Shown here: positions 51,598 to 62,979 of the stretch, piece after piece | How the letters are laid out: each line of letters starts with the position of its first letter | How positions within the stretch are numbered: the first letter of the stretch is position 1 | DNA from: Perkinsus olseni | Lineage: Eukaryota | Assembly: GCA_013115125.1 (NCBI GenBank) | Contig: JABANN010000017.1 | Span: 62,001-126,000, forward strand | Direction: 5' to 3' | Length of the DNA stretch: 64,000 bases | Notes under the pieces: model-generated | Database searches by the model: none | What the model was told of the DNA's origin: nothing | The model's input: only the letters and a program-made list of their open reading frames with translations | Made by a program: the position numbers and the translations under genes

Positions 51598-52260
51598 TCA
51601 TCGGAGTAGACGGTGATGAGCGAGATCCAAATGCTCCATCTCACGACGGCCCCGTATAGACTCCGCGAGTCGAATATCTTTGCTCTTCGACGTTGCGTTG
51701 ATAAAATTTTCTAGATAGTGTTCTTTGAACATCCGAATGCTTCCTTGTTTGAACCCAGGAGTCGATATCTTCTCGATATTCTCCATAAACTCAAGGAGTA
51801 TTTCCCAGTTTTGAAGCAGCGTCTCCAGGCTGTTCATTGCAGAGATCCAGCTGGTGTCGCCGACCTCTGGGATCATGGTACCCCCCAATCTCCGGTACTC
51901 TCTCTTCACGTAGGATATGCGTGGCAGCTTCCGGGCTTTGCTGCAGAGTTCTACCAAGTCGGCGACCTGTCCAGCCTCCAGCACTAATCAGCTAGTACGC
52001 CATCCGATTTGGGCCCGGAGGTTGCTCTTGAGCAGAGTGGTGTAGCACCCGATTCGGCGGATGCGCGTGCGTCCATGAGCATCAATTATCCTCGTCAAAA
52101 CGCGGAATGTGTCGCGCTCGCGCGAGCTCCAATTCGCTTGTATCGCGAGGGGGAAGGAGTCTTCCGATTATCTGCTGAGCAGATTCTGCTCGAGTTTGAC
52201 CGGCCTCTACCACGGGCTCCCCATGGTCATGTGACTCCCCACCCGACCCCCGGCAAATCG
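51598..52260 (-). mobile_element. Decayed hAT-like transposase fragment
   Basis: MIPEVGDTSWISAMNSLETLLQNWEIL resembles the hAT TRWxS..ML..L segment; upstream frames are broken. Confidence 0.4.
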
Positions 52261-52689
52261 TAAGTCTTCACGGCATCTCCGCTGCAGGTAGCTCCTTCTA
52301 TGCAGTACTCGACGGGCTGACCCTCGCAGCACAGCCCGAGCCATCGGATCCAGACGGTCCATATGGGTAAGTTACCCGGGGTAACCATGCTTCATAAACT
52401 CGGTCCGAGTGAACTACAAGGCAGCGTGACATCATTAAAGTCTTCGACCCATACTGGAAGATTGACATTCTGATCACGATAGCAAGACGCCTCCTTGTGA
52501 TCTTGAGTTGTCAACTCAAGATAAGTCAATGAAGTTTGCCGGCTCGGTGATAGGACATTGGCAGTGATATCTACTCCATCAGCCGGACAGGCTCTCACCA
52601 AAGGAACAGATATTTTTATGACGTAAAATTTCCGTTCTCGGGACTCAACCCCCAATTATGTCATGATTATCATGAACAATTGACAATAA

Positions 52690-53190
52690 TGCCTTACCAG
52701 GGCCATCAGTCGACCACGGTCCACCACAGGCGGTATAGGTTGAAGTGCGTGCTCCGAAGAAGACTCCTCTCTCTCAGCCAGTTTCTCGTACATCCGACCT
52801 AGCGCTCGCCCTTCCGGCACCATGAAGAACAATCTCCCCCGACCATGTCAGAAGTTGGCATCGTCAACGTGGGCACAAAGCCGTCTGAAAGCATCATCGG
52901 CCGAAGTCGACGCAGGCTGCGTCACGCAGCGGCCTCCCCATCATCCTCGAAAACTGCTGCCTCGACTAGCTTCTATTCGTATCCCTCATCATCACTGTCG
53001 AGGTAGAGCGGTATCGGAGGTGGAGCTGAGAAACATCGAGGAGAAAAGACTAGTGCCAGAATAATACTGGGCGGCGAATAAGTCATTGACATCGGGGCCC
53101 TTCGGAGTCAAACTGCATTCCGGCACCTGTAGCTCCCTTCATTGACAGACTTCAACTCGACTGAGTGCTGGTGAGACTTGACACGAAAAT
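52690..53190 (-). pseudogene. Internally deleted duplicate joining the helical-repeat gene start to the ParB-like gene body
   Basis: 53083-53190 matches 50560-50665 and 52690-53030 matches 47770-48100; in-frame stop and indels present. Confidence 0.85.
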
Positions 53191-53246
53191 GGTGGATCTT
53201 TCACAATTACAGTGATGATGTCGAACGGAAGGAGAGGAGATACCCA

Positions 53247-56200
53247 TCACAGATCGAGCAGATCTACAGTGTTTGTTGATGGACCTGCAAAAACGTTAGA
53301 TGACCAGGAATCGAGACACCCATCGGAGGTCTTACCTTGACTCCGTCGACCGTAAGCTTCTGCCGAGGACGAGCCATCTTCCTCTGAGGCTCCCCTCTGT
53401 TGAGCGCTGCTGAAAGAACCAACACCATGTGCACGCGTGCAGACCAACTTTTCCCCAACCTTTCTGTTCGATCCTCTCCTTCTAGCAAGTCCTGCTGATA
53501 GTCGTCACCTGTGTAGTCGTCCGTATCATGTACCTTAATGACTGCGTAACCCAAACACCCGGGTTCGATCCCACCCACCCTCATTCTCGTGACAAAGTCC
53601 TCCGATGGTAGATAGAAGACGCTCGACATAAGTCCAGTCTCATCACAGAGCTTTGTCAGTAACTTCCGATGATACTGCCGCATATACGGTGACTCCACCG
53701 GCGCCCAAACCTGCCAGGCAATAGTCGCCGTCGCGAACGCCCGTCTCGTCAGTTCATCACCTCTGGCTTGTCGCACAGTACGACCTGCTTAGCCAGTTCT
53801 GGATCCGTACTGAGGAGCCTCCAGTAGAGATAACCCCGGTCCCTCAAATCCGGATTGCTACTGTACTCCGTACACAGTTGAAGGACCTGACAGCATCGAG
53901 TAAGGAGATGATAGGATAGAGACGAAGACCAGCCTTGCTATCGAGCGGCCCTTACCTGGGTGACCATCGGCTGCCCAACATCAGGACATTTCAAGAACAG
54001 CTTCACGATGGCCGTCAGCAGCTGCAGCTGTACACTGACTGGCTCATCAGTGAAGAACTCCATGAAGGTATTCAGGACCTGTATTGCGGGAAATGTACAA
54101 AAGTCAGCGGAGCGAAGCAGCCTACGTACCGCGTCAACGTTCTCTATATGCTCAGCATACTCTCCCAGCATCCAGATCATGCTCGCCTTCGCTTCCGGCT
54201 GATCCAAGGACTCCAAGTTGTCACATAGTGCCGAAATAGCCTTCTCGTATCTGCCAATGACCGAAGCGTGTACTCAGCACCCTACTGTTAATAACCGGCC
54301 AAAAAGCGACTGAGAACACTGCCGGCCAACGCAGATAGTCCCAGCAGCGGCAGAGGCCCTCATCTATCTTCCATCAACCACCCTCCTACTCTATATGATA
54401 TTTCCGCAGGATATCAGCCACCACCACTACCGCCTCCTGTACCTGAACAGCCGTCATGAGCAGCACAGGTCGTCATCCTCTGACCCCGCCATCCACCACT
54501 TACGATATGATTGACCTTCATATCGATGAGCTCGAGGAGCACGGGCATGGCCTTCCTCGCTACCCCATTCACTTCAACCGCTACTCGCCCGATCGCTCGG
54601 ACCTATGCATGACGACCTTGGTCTCAGGTGACCAAACAGCCGGCGCTCACTGCGCGCGAGGTGAGCAGGAGCGATGTGAAGTGACGCTCGATCATTACAG
54701 ATTATAAGATAACCCTTTGGCCTTCAAAACAAGACGTAGGTCAATCTCGCAGATTGTAGGTCAGCTCATCGACATACAGTCAGTAGAATCGGAACTCACC
54801 GCTTTCCGAGAGAAGTCTACATCAACATCAGCGGCATACTCCTTGAATTCCGACAAGACCTGCGAGGATGAATAGTCGACTGCACTTAGTCGATACGACC
54901 TCCCACCTGCTCGGCGTTCTTGGAGGTACACAGGCGGACCATCATGTCCACCTTCTCTATTTTCAAGTAGATAGGGTCGGTATACCTGAACCAACGCCGA
55001 TTCTCACATCGCAAATAAGCCAAATACTAGCACATAAGCGGTGAACCCGACCATCATTAGCTCAGAACAAGGAAAGGGATGCGGCGTATCTCTATACTAG
55101 TAGCAGTGTATTCAGATAGTCGGAATGCCCACGGAGCCCTGTAGGTATCGATGGCCCAGCACAGAGCGGTGAATGATCATCACGGATGATCATCAAACGG
55201 TGAGTCATACGCGGAAAGCCTCGGTAGTCAGCACGAGCAGAGTTCATGCTCTACGGTCGTATGGCCGCCATGCGCCCCAGGAGGACCCTCCCACCGCTCC
55301 GTTGTACTACCGGCAGAAAAAGATCTTCACATCACTGTTCATAACTTGGGGCCACTTTTGTACTATCAAGTTTAGATTGCGAATGGCTACATACCTAAAG
55401 ATAGGCCCGTTGCTCCCTGAAGAGCACGCTTGAAGCTAAGATGCGCCTACTGTATCTCTGGCGGGTTCGACAGGAGAGACACGAGCGGAGGGTGCAGCTT
55501 CTTCACCACCTGCTTCACGAACTCGTCGTTCTCTGACACCTTGTCCAAGTCGCACATAATCACTAACAACATCCACAGGATCCGGGAAAAATTTGGTATT
55601 TCCCCTTCACACTGACCTCTCACCGCAGCCATGACAACTGCCGGATTGGCATGCGAGAGCCGCGCCGTTACACGCTCGATAACACCTTCCGCATCCTGTG
55701 AACCTAGCAGCGACCTCAAGATACTTCCCCACTCCCCTGTGCTCACTGGTAGGTTCATAGAGAGCAATGCCGTCCAGCAGCATGACTTGCCCCCACTCGG
55801 TACACTCGTTAAGAGCTGAAAATGCAACGGTGTGAGCTGTGATGCCGTGGACACCCCATCTACCTGCAAGGAGCTTCTCAACCATGCCCGAGTTCATGCC
55901 TAGGACTGACGGATCCTCCTTGCTCTCGGACAACTCCAACAGACTTGCCACAGCGTTCGCTACGACCACCGGGTTCCTGAAATGACCAGGACTCAATTTG
56001 CTCGTCTCTCCTGGTGGAAAAAACAGCGGAAGCCACGAAATCATGCATGGCGACCGAACCCCCCGTGTCGAACGAAAAATTTCTCTACGCTACCGCGCAC
56101 TCCCAGCACTCGCAGCAAACGGCTGCCGCGACTCTATGGTCAGCCAGGGTTTACGATCTCCTCACCTGTCTCCAGTCATGTCCCTCAAAACCTCAATGAA

Positions 56201-57314
56201 CCCTTGATCTTCCACCACTTCGGGATTTATCTAATACCACACCAATATCAACACGCGTGCGCAAACTACGTCAATCAGAAGTCCCCCCCCAAAAGCAATC
56301 CCAGACCTTCCCTCTCCTCTCCTCCAGTCCACCCGAGACTACCTCCCACACTTTCGAGACACATATGGCCGCAGTTTTCCTCACATAGGGATCCTGGTCG
56401 CGGCAGCACCTTCGTAGAGGCTCTAGCAAGTACCTGGTGAGCTGGCTTCACGCGCCCGAAAATTGAGAAATGCGTTCAACTCACTCGCAGATCTGATCGA
56501 GTCTGATGCAGCCCATCGTCCTCAGCGCGAGCGCGCGGATCAAAGGATTTGGATCACCTGAATTGTCGCGAGAGCTGGCTGAACACTGCGATTCGGGAAA
56601 GGAGTGGTATGACGCAAAACAGGGAGACGCGAATAAACAAGAGGCACTTCCTCAGTACCTGCATCCTTCATAAAAGTGTTGACAGCGAGTACCGCCAGCT
56701 CGGGTTGAGTCTTGGCGTAATTGAGGACCTAACCACGCAAGGCGTGGTATCTAAGGTCGAAGCATGCTTGAGACGGGAAGAGTACATATAAATAGACGAG
56801 CTTCTTGATCTCCATCTGGTTAGATTGCATGCATTGGACCATGTCCGGGAAGAGACTGGAGACATCCTTACCAAGAGTCATACTCGCTATAACCTGACAG
56901 GGGAGCGGAGGTGATGAGAGTTGGACTGAGCGATTGATGGCTCGAGATGAGAGCAGCTTCGAATCAAAGACGGTCCACTGGACGCTGGTGAGAGACTGAG
57001 TTTATAGCAAGGAAGAAGTCCACCGCCATATTGATGCTTCCAACTCATACAGAAGCTCGATACGGATCCTCACGGGATCCCGACTCATCGAGATAGAAGG
57101 TCTCCCTCCTCCCCAGCTGGCCTACCCGCTTGATAGCATCTTTCTGCTTATGCTTGTCATGGCTATGCAACTCCTCCTTCATCTCGTGTATCTCGCTCCT
57201 CTTATTAGCGTGAAAGTACCGACCCTCCTTCTTCTTCAACACCTAATCCAATCAACTACCCCTTCTTCTACTACTACCGAGCCATCTACCCACCTTCGGC
57301 ACCGCTGCCGACAT
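53247..57314 (-). CDS. AP-1/AP-2 adaptor complex beta subunit (beta-adaptin), multi-exon
   Basis: [89 protein letters not shown]. Confidence 0.95.
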
Positions 57315-57440
57315 CTTGCTCTGCAGATGATGAAGACTCTTCAGATTCAACGAGCTCATCACGCAAGGCAGCCCACTCAAAAAACAACAACTGCCGCCAA
57401 CCTCATTTGACCCACTAAGCGCAACATCACCATTCACAAC

Positions 57441-58649
57441 TCACGAAATCGCATCAGCGAGCCTTCCGAGCGCCTTCTGTAAAATGGCGATTTGCCCGCG
57501 CAAGAAACCTTCGATCATTTCGCTGGCGCCCCCTTCAGTCAGAGCGTGTAGCCGCGACTCTATCTCCTGCTGTATCACCGCGCCACATAATGCTCGAGCT
57601 TCCCGCTCGTGCCCAGCATTGCCCAGAGAATCCCCGTACACTACGTTCTGCAACGACGCGGAGATGCCATGAAGTCTGGCAATTTTCAGGCGCGCGGTAG
57701 TCGAGAAACTGTGCGATAGGGAGCCGTCGAAGCCTACAAAAAGGCCGCTGTCGATCAGCTGCTCGACGGCCTCGCCGGGACTCCGCAATCTTTCCGCCGC
57801 GACTTGGACACTCTCGAAGCGGCAATCGCCATGAAGCTCAGCAGTTAGCGTTGAAAAACCGTAGCGCATGAGGAGGTCCGTGCTAGCGCAAGTGCTGTAC
57901 ATAACGAAGAACTGTTCTCCCTCAGTGTACTCCCGCATCGCAGTGAACTCATACCGGTGTTCTCGGACGTTATAATTGCCGCACCTTCTCTCCATGCCAC
58001 ATTTCCCCGAACTCTCCTCAGAATATGCCCCTGGACTGTGATTCACCATGTCCCCCACAGGCACCAGGCAGACTCCACCAAGCCGATGATAGCAGCCTCG
58101 AGTTTCGATCGTCCAGTAGGCCCATTCGATATCTTCCTTTCCGTATCTTCCGCTCGTAACCTTGCCAATTTTCTCACAGAAAATCTTGCACGTGCGCTCC
58201 GCCTTCCCAAGCTCCACAGCAAGAACACTGGACGCTGCAGAAAATATCTTCTTGTCGACTTCAGTCCAATACGAAATCGTTGGATACTTCGACGGCAACG
58301 TCCGAAGATACAGAGACCGCCAATCAGAAGGACCTAAATCACTGCGGGATCTCTCTAGCAGCCGTAGTAGTACCAACGCCAAGAGCTCCGCTCCGCTTAG
58401 GATTTTCTCCAATTTCCCAATCCATCTTCGGTAGGCTTCTGAGTCGTCCTTGAGACACGGGCTGTTTGCGTTTGCTGTTATAACGAGCAGCCCAGGAATG
58501 CCAACAGCCACTTGACCGCCCCTCATCCTTTCCTTGACGCAGACACCTCGACCCGCGCCGCTGAAATCCTCTATAGATATCCGACTAAGTTCAGCATTCG
58601 GTGTTGAGTTGATAAGATTGAACAGAGACACCAGCGGGTCCGAGGCCAT
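57441..58649 (-). CDS. SET-domain lysine methyltransferase (Rubisco-LSMT/SETD4-like), intronless
   Basis: GAGRGV, WRSLYLRTLP, WAYWTIETR, LVPVGDMVNHS, GEQFFVMY...LLMRYGF. Confidence 0.92.
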   Translation of the reverse strand: MASDPLVSLFNLINSTPNAELSRISIEDFSGAGRGVCVKERMRGGQVAVGIPGLLVITANANSPCLKDDSEAYRRWIGKLEKILSGAELLALVLLRLLERSRSDLGPSDWRSLYLRTLPSKYPTISYWTEVDKKIFSAASSVLAVELGKAERTCKIFCEKIGKVTSGRYGKEDIEWAYWTIETRGCYHRLGGVCLVPVGDMVNHSPGAYSEESSGKCGMERRCGNYNVREHRYEFTAMREYTEGEQFFVMYSTCASTDLLMRYGFSTLTAELHGDCRFESVQVAAERLRSPGEAVEQLIDSGLFVGFDGSLSHSFSTTARLKIARLHGISASLQNVVYGDSLGNAGHEREARALCGAVIQQEIESRLHALTEGGASEMIEGFLRGQIAILQKALGRLADAIS

Positions 58650-59310
58650 GACGGAGAGCGTCACTGAGAGAGCGGCGAGGCTGCCGTTATCAGGGATTGC
58701 GATGGCAACCTCTCCACGGTCAATACTCCTATTCTGAAACTCAAAGTCGATTCCGCAATTGACACGATTTCACACGTGAAATTCAGTTTGATCGATGCCG
58801 AGTTCCAGAGTTGGTTTATTGGAACGCCGCAGGTATTTACTACGTAGAACGTCGTAGAAACCAGGCCTCATCAATTCCAGGTAGCCTTTGCGAGCGCAAA
58901 CGGACCTTGCGTAGGGTATCGATCACACGGGCGCGCGCGATGTTCAGATTCGCGGGCCCCAACGAAGGTTTAGCGTAGCTTAGGCCTCCAAGAAGTGACC
59001 ATTATCGTGGGAGTATGCGTCGGGTCTGGTTACACGGGGAGTGATACTTAGTGAGCTTCTGTTGTCAACGCTATAGCTGCCAAATTGCGCTGAGAACTTT
59101 CGAGATGGGAGGGGTTTTGAGCATTTTCTACGGGAGGAAATGCCCCCGAGATGTGGTACAATTTCGTGGCGAGTGAACGTTTGAGTTGTCTCTGGCTGAG
59201 CTTAGTAGCGAGATTCACTGCGCGCGGGCGAGCATCTTGGGTTGAACGACGCAGGATACAGAATGGGTCGGAACCTGGGTCATCGTTTCAGTCGAATTTC
59301 TTAGACTCGG

Positions 59311-61511
59311 ATGATTTCCAGCACCCAGGCATTCGCTAACGCAGCTGCCGCTGCCGATAGGATCAAGAATGTCCACCTGATCGAGCTTTTGGCCGATGAA
59401 GGTACTAAAAATCCAATAGCTAGCCTCGGCGATCTCGACTCTTCTCAGAGCGCAACAAGTCCATGTTCGTGGCCCCTTCTGACCTCAAGGGTTTGACTTT
59501 GGATTATTCCAGAGAGCGTCTCAATGAGGCTTCCCGTAAGGCTCTTTTTGACTTGGCCAAGGAGGCCCATCTCGATCAGAAGATTGAGGATATGTTTAAC
59601 GGTAAGTGTAGGAAGAATAAGCGGGAAGCTCTCGCTGGAGACAGGATGTCTTTGTAGGCGTCAAGATTAACACCACTGAGAAGAGGGCCGTGCTACACAC
59701 TGCCTTGAGGGATCCTCGCGACGCCAAGGTTACTGTCGATGGCAAGAATGTCGTCGAGGATGTTTGGGTAATAGGGAGAGTTCGTGGTTGGCAAGCTAGA
59801 GGTCTATGGTTCTATTCCCGCCCCGATTGATATTCATCTCGGTTCTCTTCAGAGAGTCCTGGACCAGATCAAGACGTACTCCGAGAAGGTCCGCTCCGGT
59901 GAGCACCGCGGTGTGACCGGCAAGGTTCTCAAGAACATCGTCTGCGTCGGCATCGGCGGCTCTTACTTGGGTACTACCACTTGGGTTCAGGGACAGTTGC
60001 GTCGTTAACTACTGGCCATTAACATTAATTTCGCTCTGGCTTATCCATTTCTAGGCGGAAATTCTCTTTCTCAGGCCCTGAGTTCGTCTTCGAGGCCCTT
60101 CGCACTGACCCTGAGGCGAAGAAGGCCGCTGAGGGAAGGACCTGCAAGTTCCTCGCCAATGTCGATCCTATTGATGTTGAGAGGGCCCTCGAAGGCCTCA
60201 ACGCTGAGGAAACTCTTCTTGTCGTCATCTCGAAGACCTTCACCACTGCTGAGACCATGCTCAACGCGAAGACTGTTCGCCAGTGGTTGTTCGACAATCT
60301 CGGCAAGTCCCCTGAGGTCGTGAGCAAGCATGTCTGCGCATGCTCCACCGCCTTGAAGCTGACCAAGGAGTTTGGCATTGACGATGAGAACGTCTTTGCC
60401 TTCTGGGACTGGGTCGGGGGTCGTTACTCCGTCTGCTCCGCTGTCGGTTGCGTCCCTCTGGCCCTACAGTACGGCTTCGAGCAGGTCAACCAATTCCTTC
60501 AAGGTAATAATATTAACTTACTTATTTCCGCTGGCCGTACTCGTGTCTTGTTGCTTCAGGTGCCCACATGATGGATGAGCATTTCCGTAACACTAAGGAT
60601 TTGACTCAGAACATCCCTGCTCTCATGGGTCTCATTGCTGTCTGGAACAGCACCTTCCTTGGCGCCTCTTCGACGGCCATCCTGCCCTACTGCCAGGCTT
60701 TGGTGAGGTTTGTCGCTCATATCCAGCAACTTGACATGGAAAGTAACGGCAAGCGTGTAACTCTCTCTGGCCACGCTGTGGACTACAGCACCGGTAAGAC
60801 TGGGAGTCGGGTTGGTTACCGAAAATCTACTTGAATCTTGTTTCACTTCTGATGAGATTCAACTCTCTCTTATGTGGCAGGTATGGTCCACTTCGGTGAG
60901 CCCGGTACCAACGGTCAGCACTCATTCTACCAGGAGCTCCATCAGGGCACTACTATCGTCCCCAGTGAGTTCATCGGCTTCGCCAAGTCGCAGAACCCTA
61001 TCAAGCTTGCCGGCGAGCCCGTCAGCAATCATGACGAGCTTATGTCGAACTTCTTCGCCCAGCCCGACGCTCTCGCCTACGGCAAGGGCTATGACCAGCT
61101 CGACAAGGAGGGTGTAAGTGGCACTGGCGATGGCGCTTGGTATGCTGCTCAACTGTTCTCGTTTAGGTCCCTTCTGAGCTCATGGAGCATAAGTACTTCC
61201 CTGGCAACCGTCCCTCATTGTCGCTTCTATTCCCTGGTGCCTGCAGCGCCAAGTCTGTTGGCGCACTTCTCGCCTTGTACGAGCACCGTACTATGGTCCA
61301 GTCGGCCATCTGGGGCACCAACTGCTTCGATCAGTGGGGAGTCGAATTGGTAAGCCTGTACTCCAGCTGTCGCCTGCTAGGTTTACATTTCCATCAATCT
61401 TAGGGCAAGGTGTTGGCTAAGTCCGTCAGGGCTCACTTCGCCAACCCTTCCTCTGGTGTAGCCAACTTCTGCGGCCCGACTCAGAGGCTCCTCAAGCAGT
61501 ACCACCAGTAA
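59311..61511 (+). CDS. GPI: Glucose-6-phosphate isomerase, multi-exon
   Basis: [91 protein letters not shown]. Confidence 0.98.
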
Positions 61512-62726
61512 GTCATGCCCGCCTCGCGAGGCTTCATGGTGCGTCGTACAATGGTCCTCTCAGGATGAAGTGATTGCTCTGATGCCGTATGTGGGAAGAA
61601 CAACCACTGCTGCTGCTGCTGCTGCTTGGCTGCTCGTGCTGTATGTACGCAACTCTACTACGCCCCTTATAACCCGCGACGTGACCGTTTCATCCTTCCC
61701 TCGAGTATTTCTCTACCAAAAGTGTGTCTAGCATTATGAAGAGTACTAAATATTATGATTGAAGTTACTTCAGGGAAACCGCCCTTCGTCGCGTTTTGGT
61801 GAATTCTGGGGGGACCATCTCTTGATTAGTATGAGCGTTTGTCTGATGGCAACCGTGCTTACCGTGGCTGTGAGGGAGGCGAGTCGAAGTACTGGGGATC
61901 AGCTAAAAGGGGCGGCGTGTATCGGACGGAAAGTTTCAGACACATTTGGGTGTTGCATTCGTTAAGCGGTGGACATTTTGTGGGCTCAGTTTAGCTGCCC
62001 TGAAATTGATTGTCCGTCTATTGGCGGAAGTGCCGACGAGAGGCATGCGGGTTTTCGTCAATGATCGGTGAGTCGGTCGGTGTGGTCATTCCGGTCGAGA
62101 ACTAGGGTATTGAAAACTTGGTAGCTCGGGATAGCCCTCAACCAGTCATGCTTGTCTTGAACACTGAACTGGTACGCTGGGGCGGCTCCTTGTCGGTAGG
62201 CTCGTCCGATGAGAGCTCTCGGATTCCTGTTGTTAACCCAGGACACCTGATCCAGGAGCAGCAGTCGTTCTCAGGTTTTGCGTTGACCTCAGTGATGCAG
62301 CCATCGGTAGAGGGGCTTTCAGCGAGGTACGCAGAGGACTGGACCTTCTCACAGGGGAAGCAGTTGCAATTAAGACGTACATGGTAATAGAAATGCATGG
62401 TTACTGTGGAGCCTACTCTTACTCGCGCATTATGTGCATCAACAGGCGGCAAGTCAGAAAGCCCTGGATTATTTTACTCGCGAAGTCCGAGTGCTTGACA
62501 TGCTGAAGGTAATTCCGGGAAGCTATGGATATACTCACGATGCTTCGACATGGACGCGAGGCGCAATTCGGATCCTCCGGAGCATCATGACGGCGGACAA
62601 GAGTATTTGATGCCACCGACGGTGGACGGAGCAGAGCGAATCCCCAAGATGAGAGCTACACTTTTGCCCCGCAGGCTTACTGAGCGTTAGACTCTGAGCT
62701 ACAAAAGTGCGTACGAAAGTATAAAT

Positions 62727-62798
62727 AGTCGCTACCCGGATTTGAACCGGGGTTGTCACGGCCACAACGTGACGTCCTAACCACTAGACGATAGCGAC
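62727..62798 (-). tRNA. tRNA-His (GUG)
   Basis: Full cloverleaf GTCGCTA-TC-GTCTAGTGGTTAGGAC-G-TCACG-TTGTGGC-CGTGA-CAAC-CCCGG-TTCAAAT-CCGGG-TAGCGAC-T. Confidence 0.97.
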
Positions 62799-62979
62799 AC
62801 AGTATCAACTCTTCCCGGCGATAGTGTGCCCTCGCGAATGACCTACTGCGTTATCATCCTCGAAGGTCTTGAAATCACTGGGCCAACTATGAATGGGTTC
62901 ATGATAGCGCTGGCGCGGGTCGCTTGGCACCGACTTCGTCCGCAGATTGGCTGTGGTTGACGGTCAACCGTTGACCTAA

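Noticed and set aside
55110-55185. C/D snoRNA candidate in a long beta-adaptin intron
   Set aside because: Guide complementarity is at most about 9 nt and cannot be verified without the organism's rRNA
61750-62620. Short Cys-rich ORFs between GPI and the tRNA
   Set aside because: No consistent exon structure or recognisable domain
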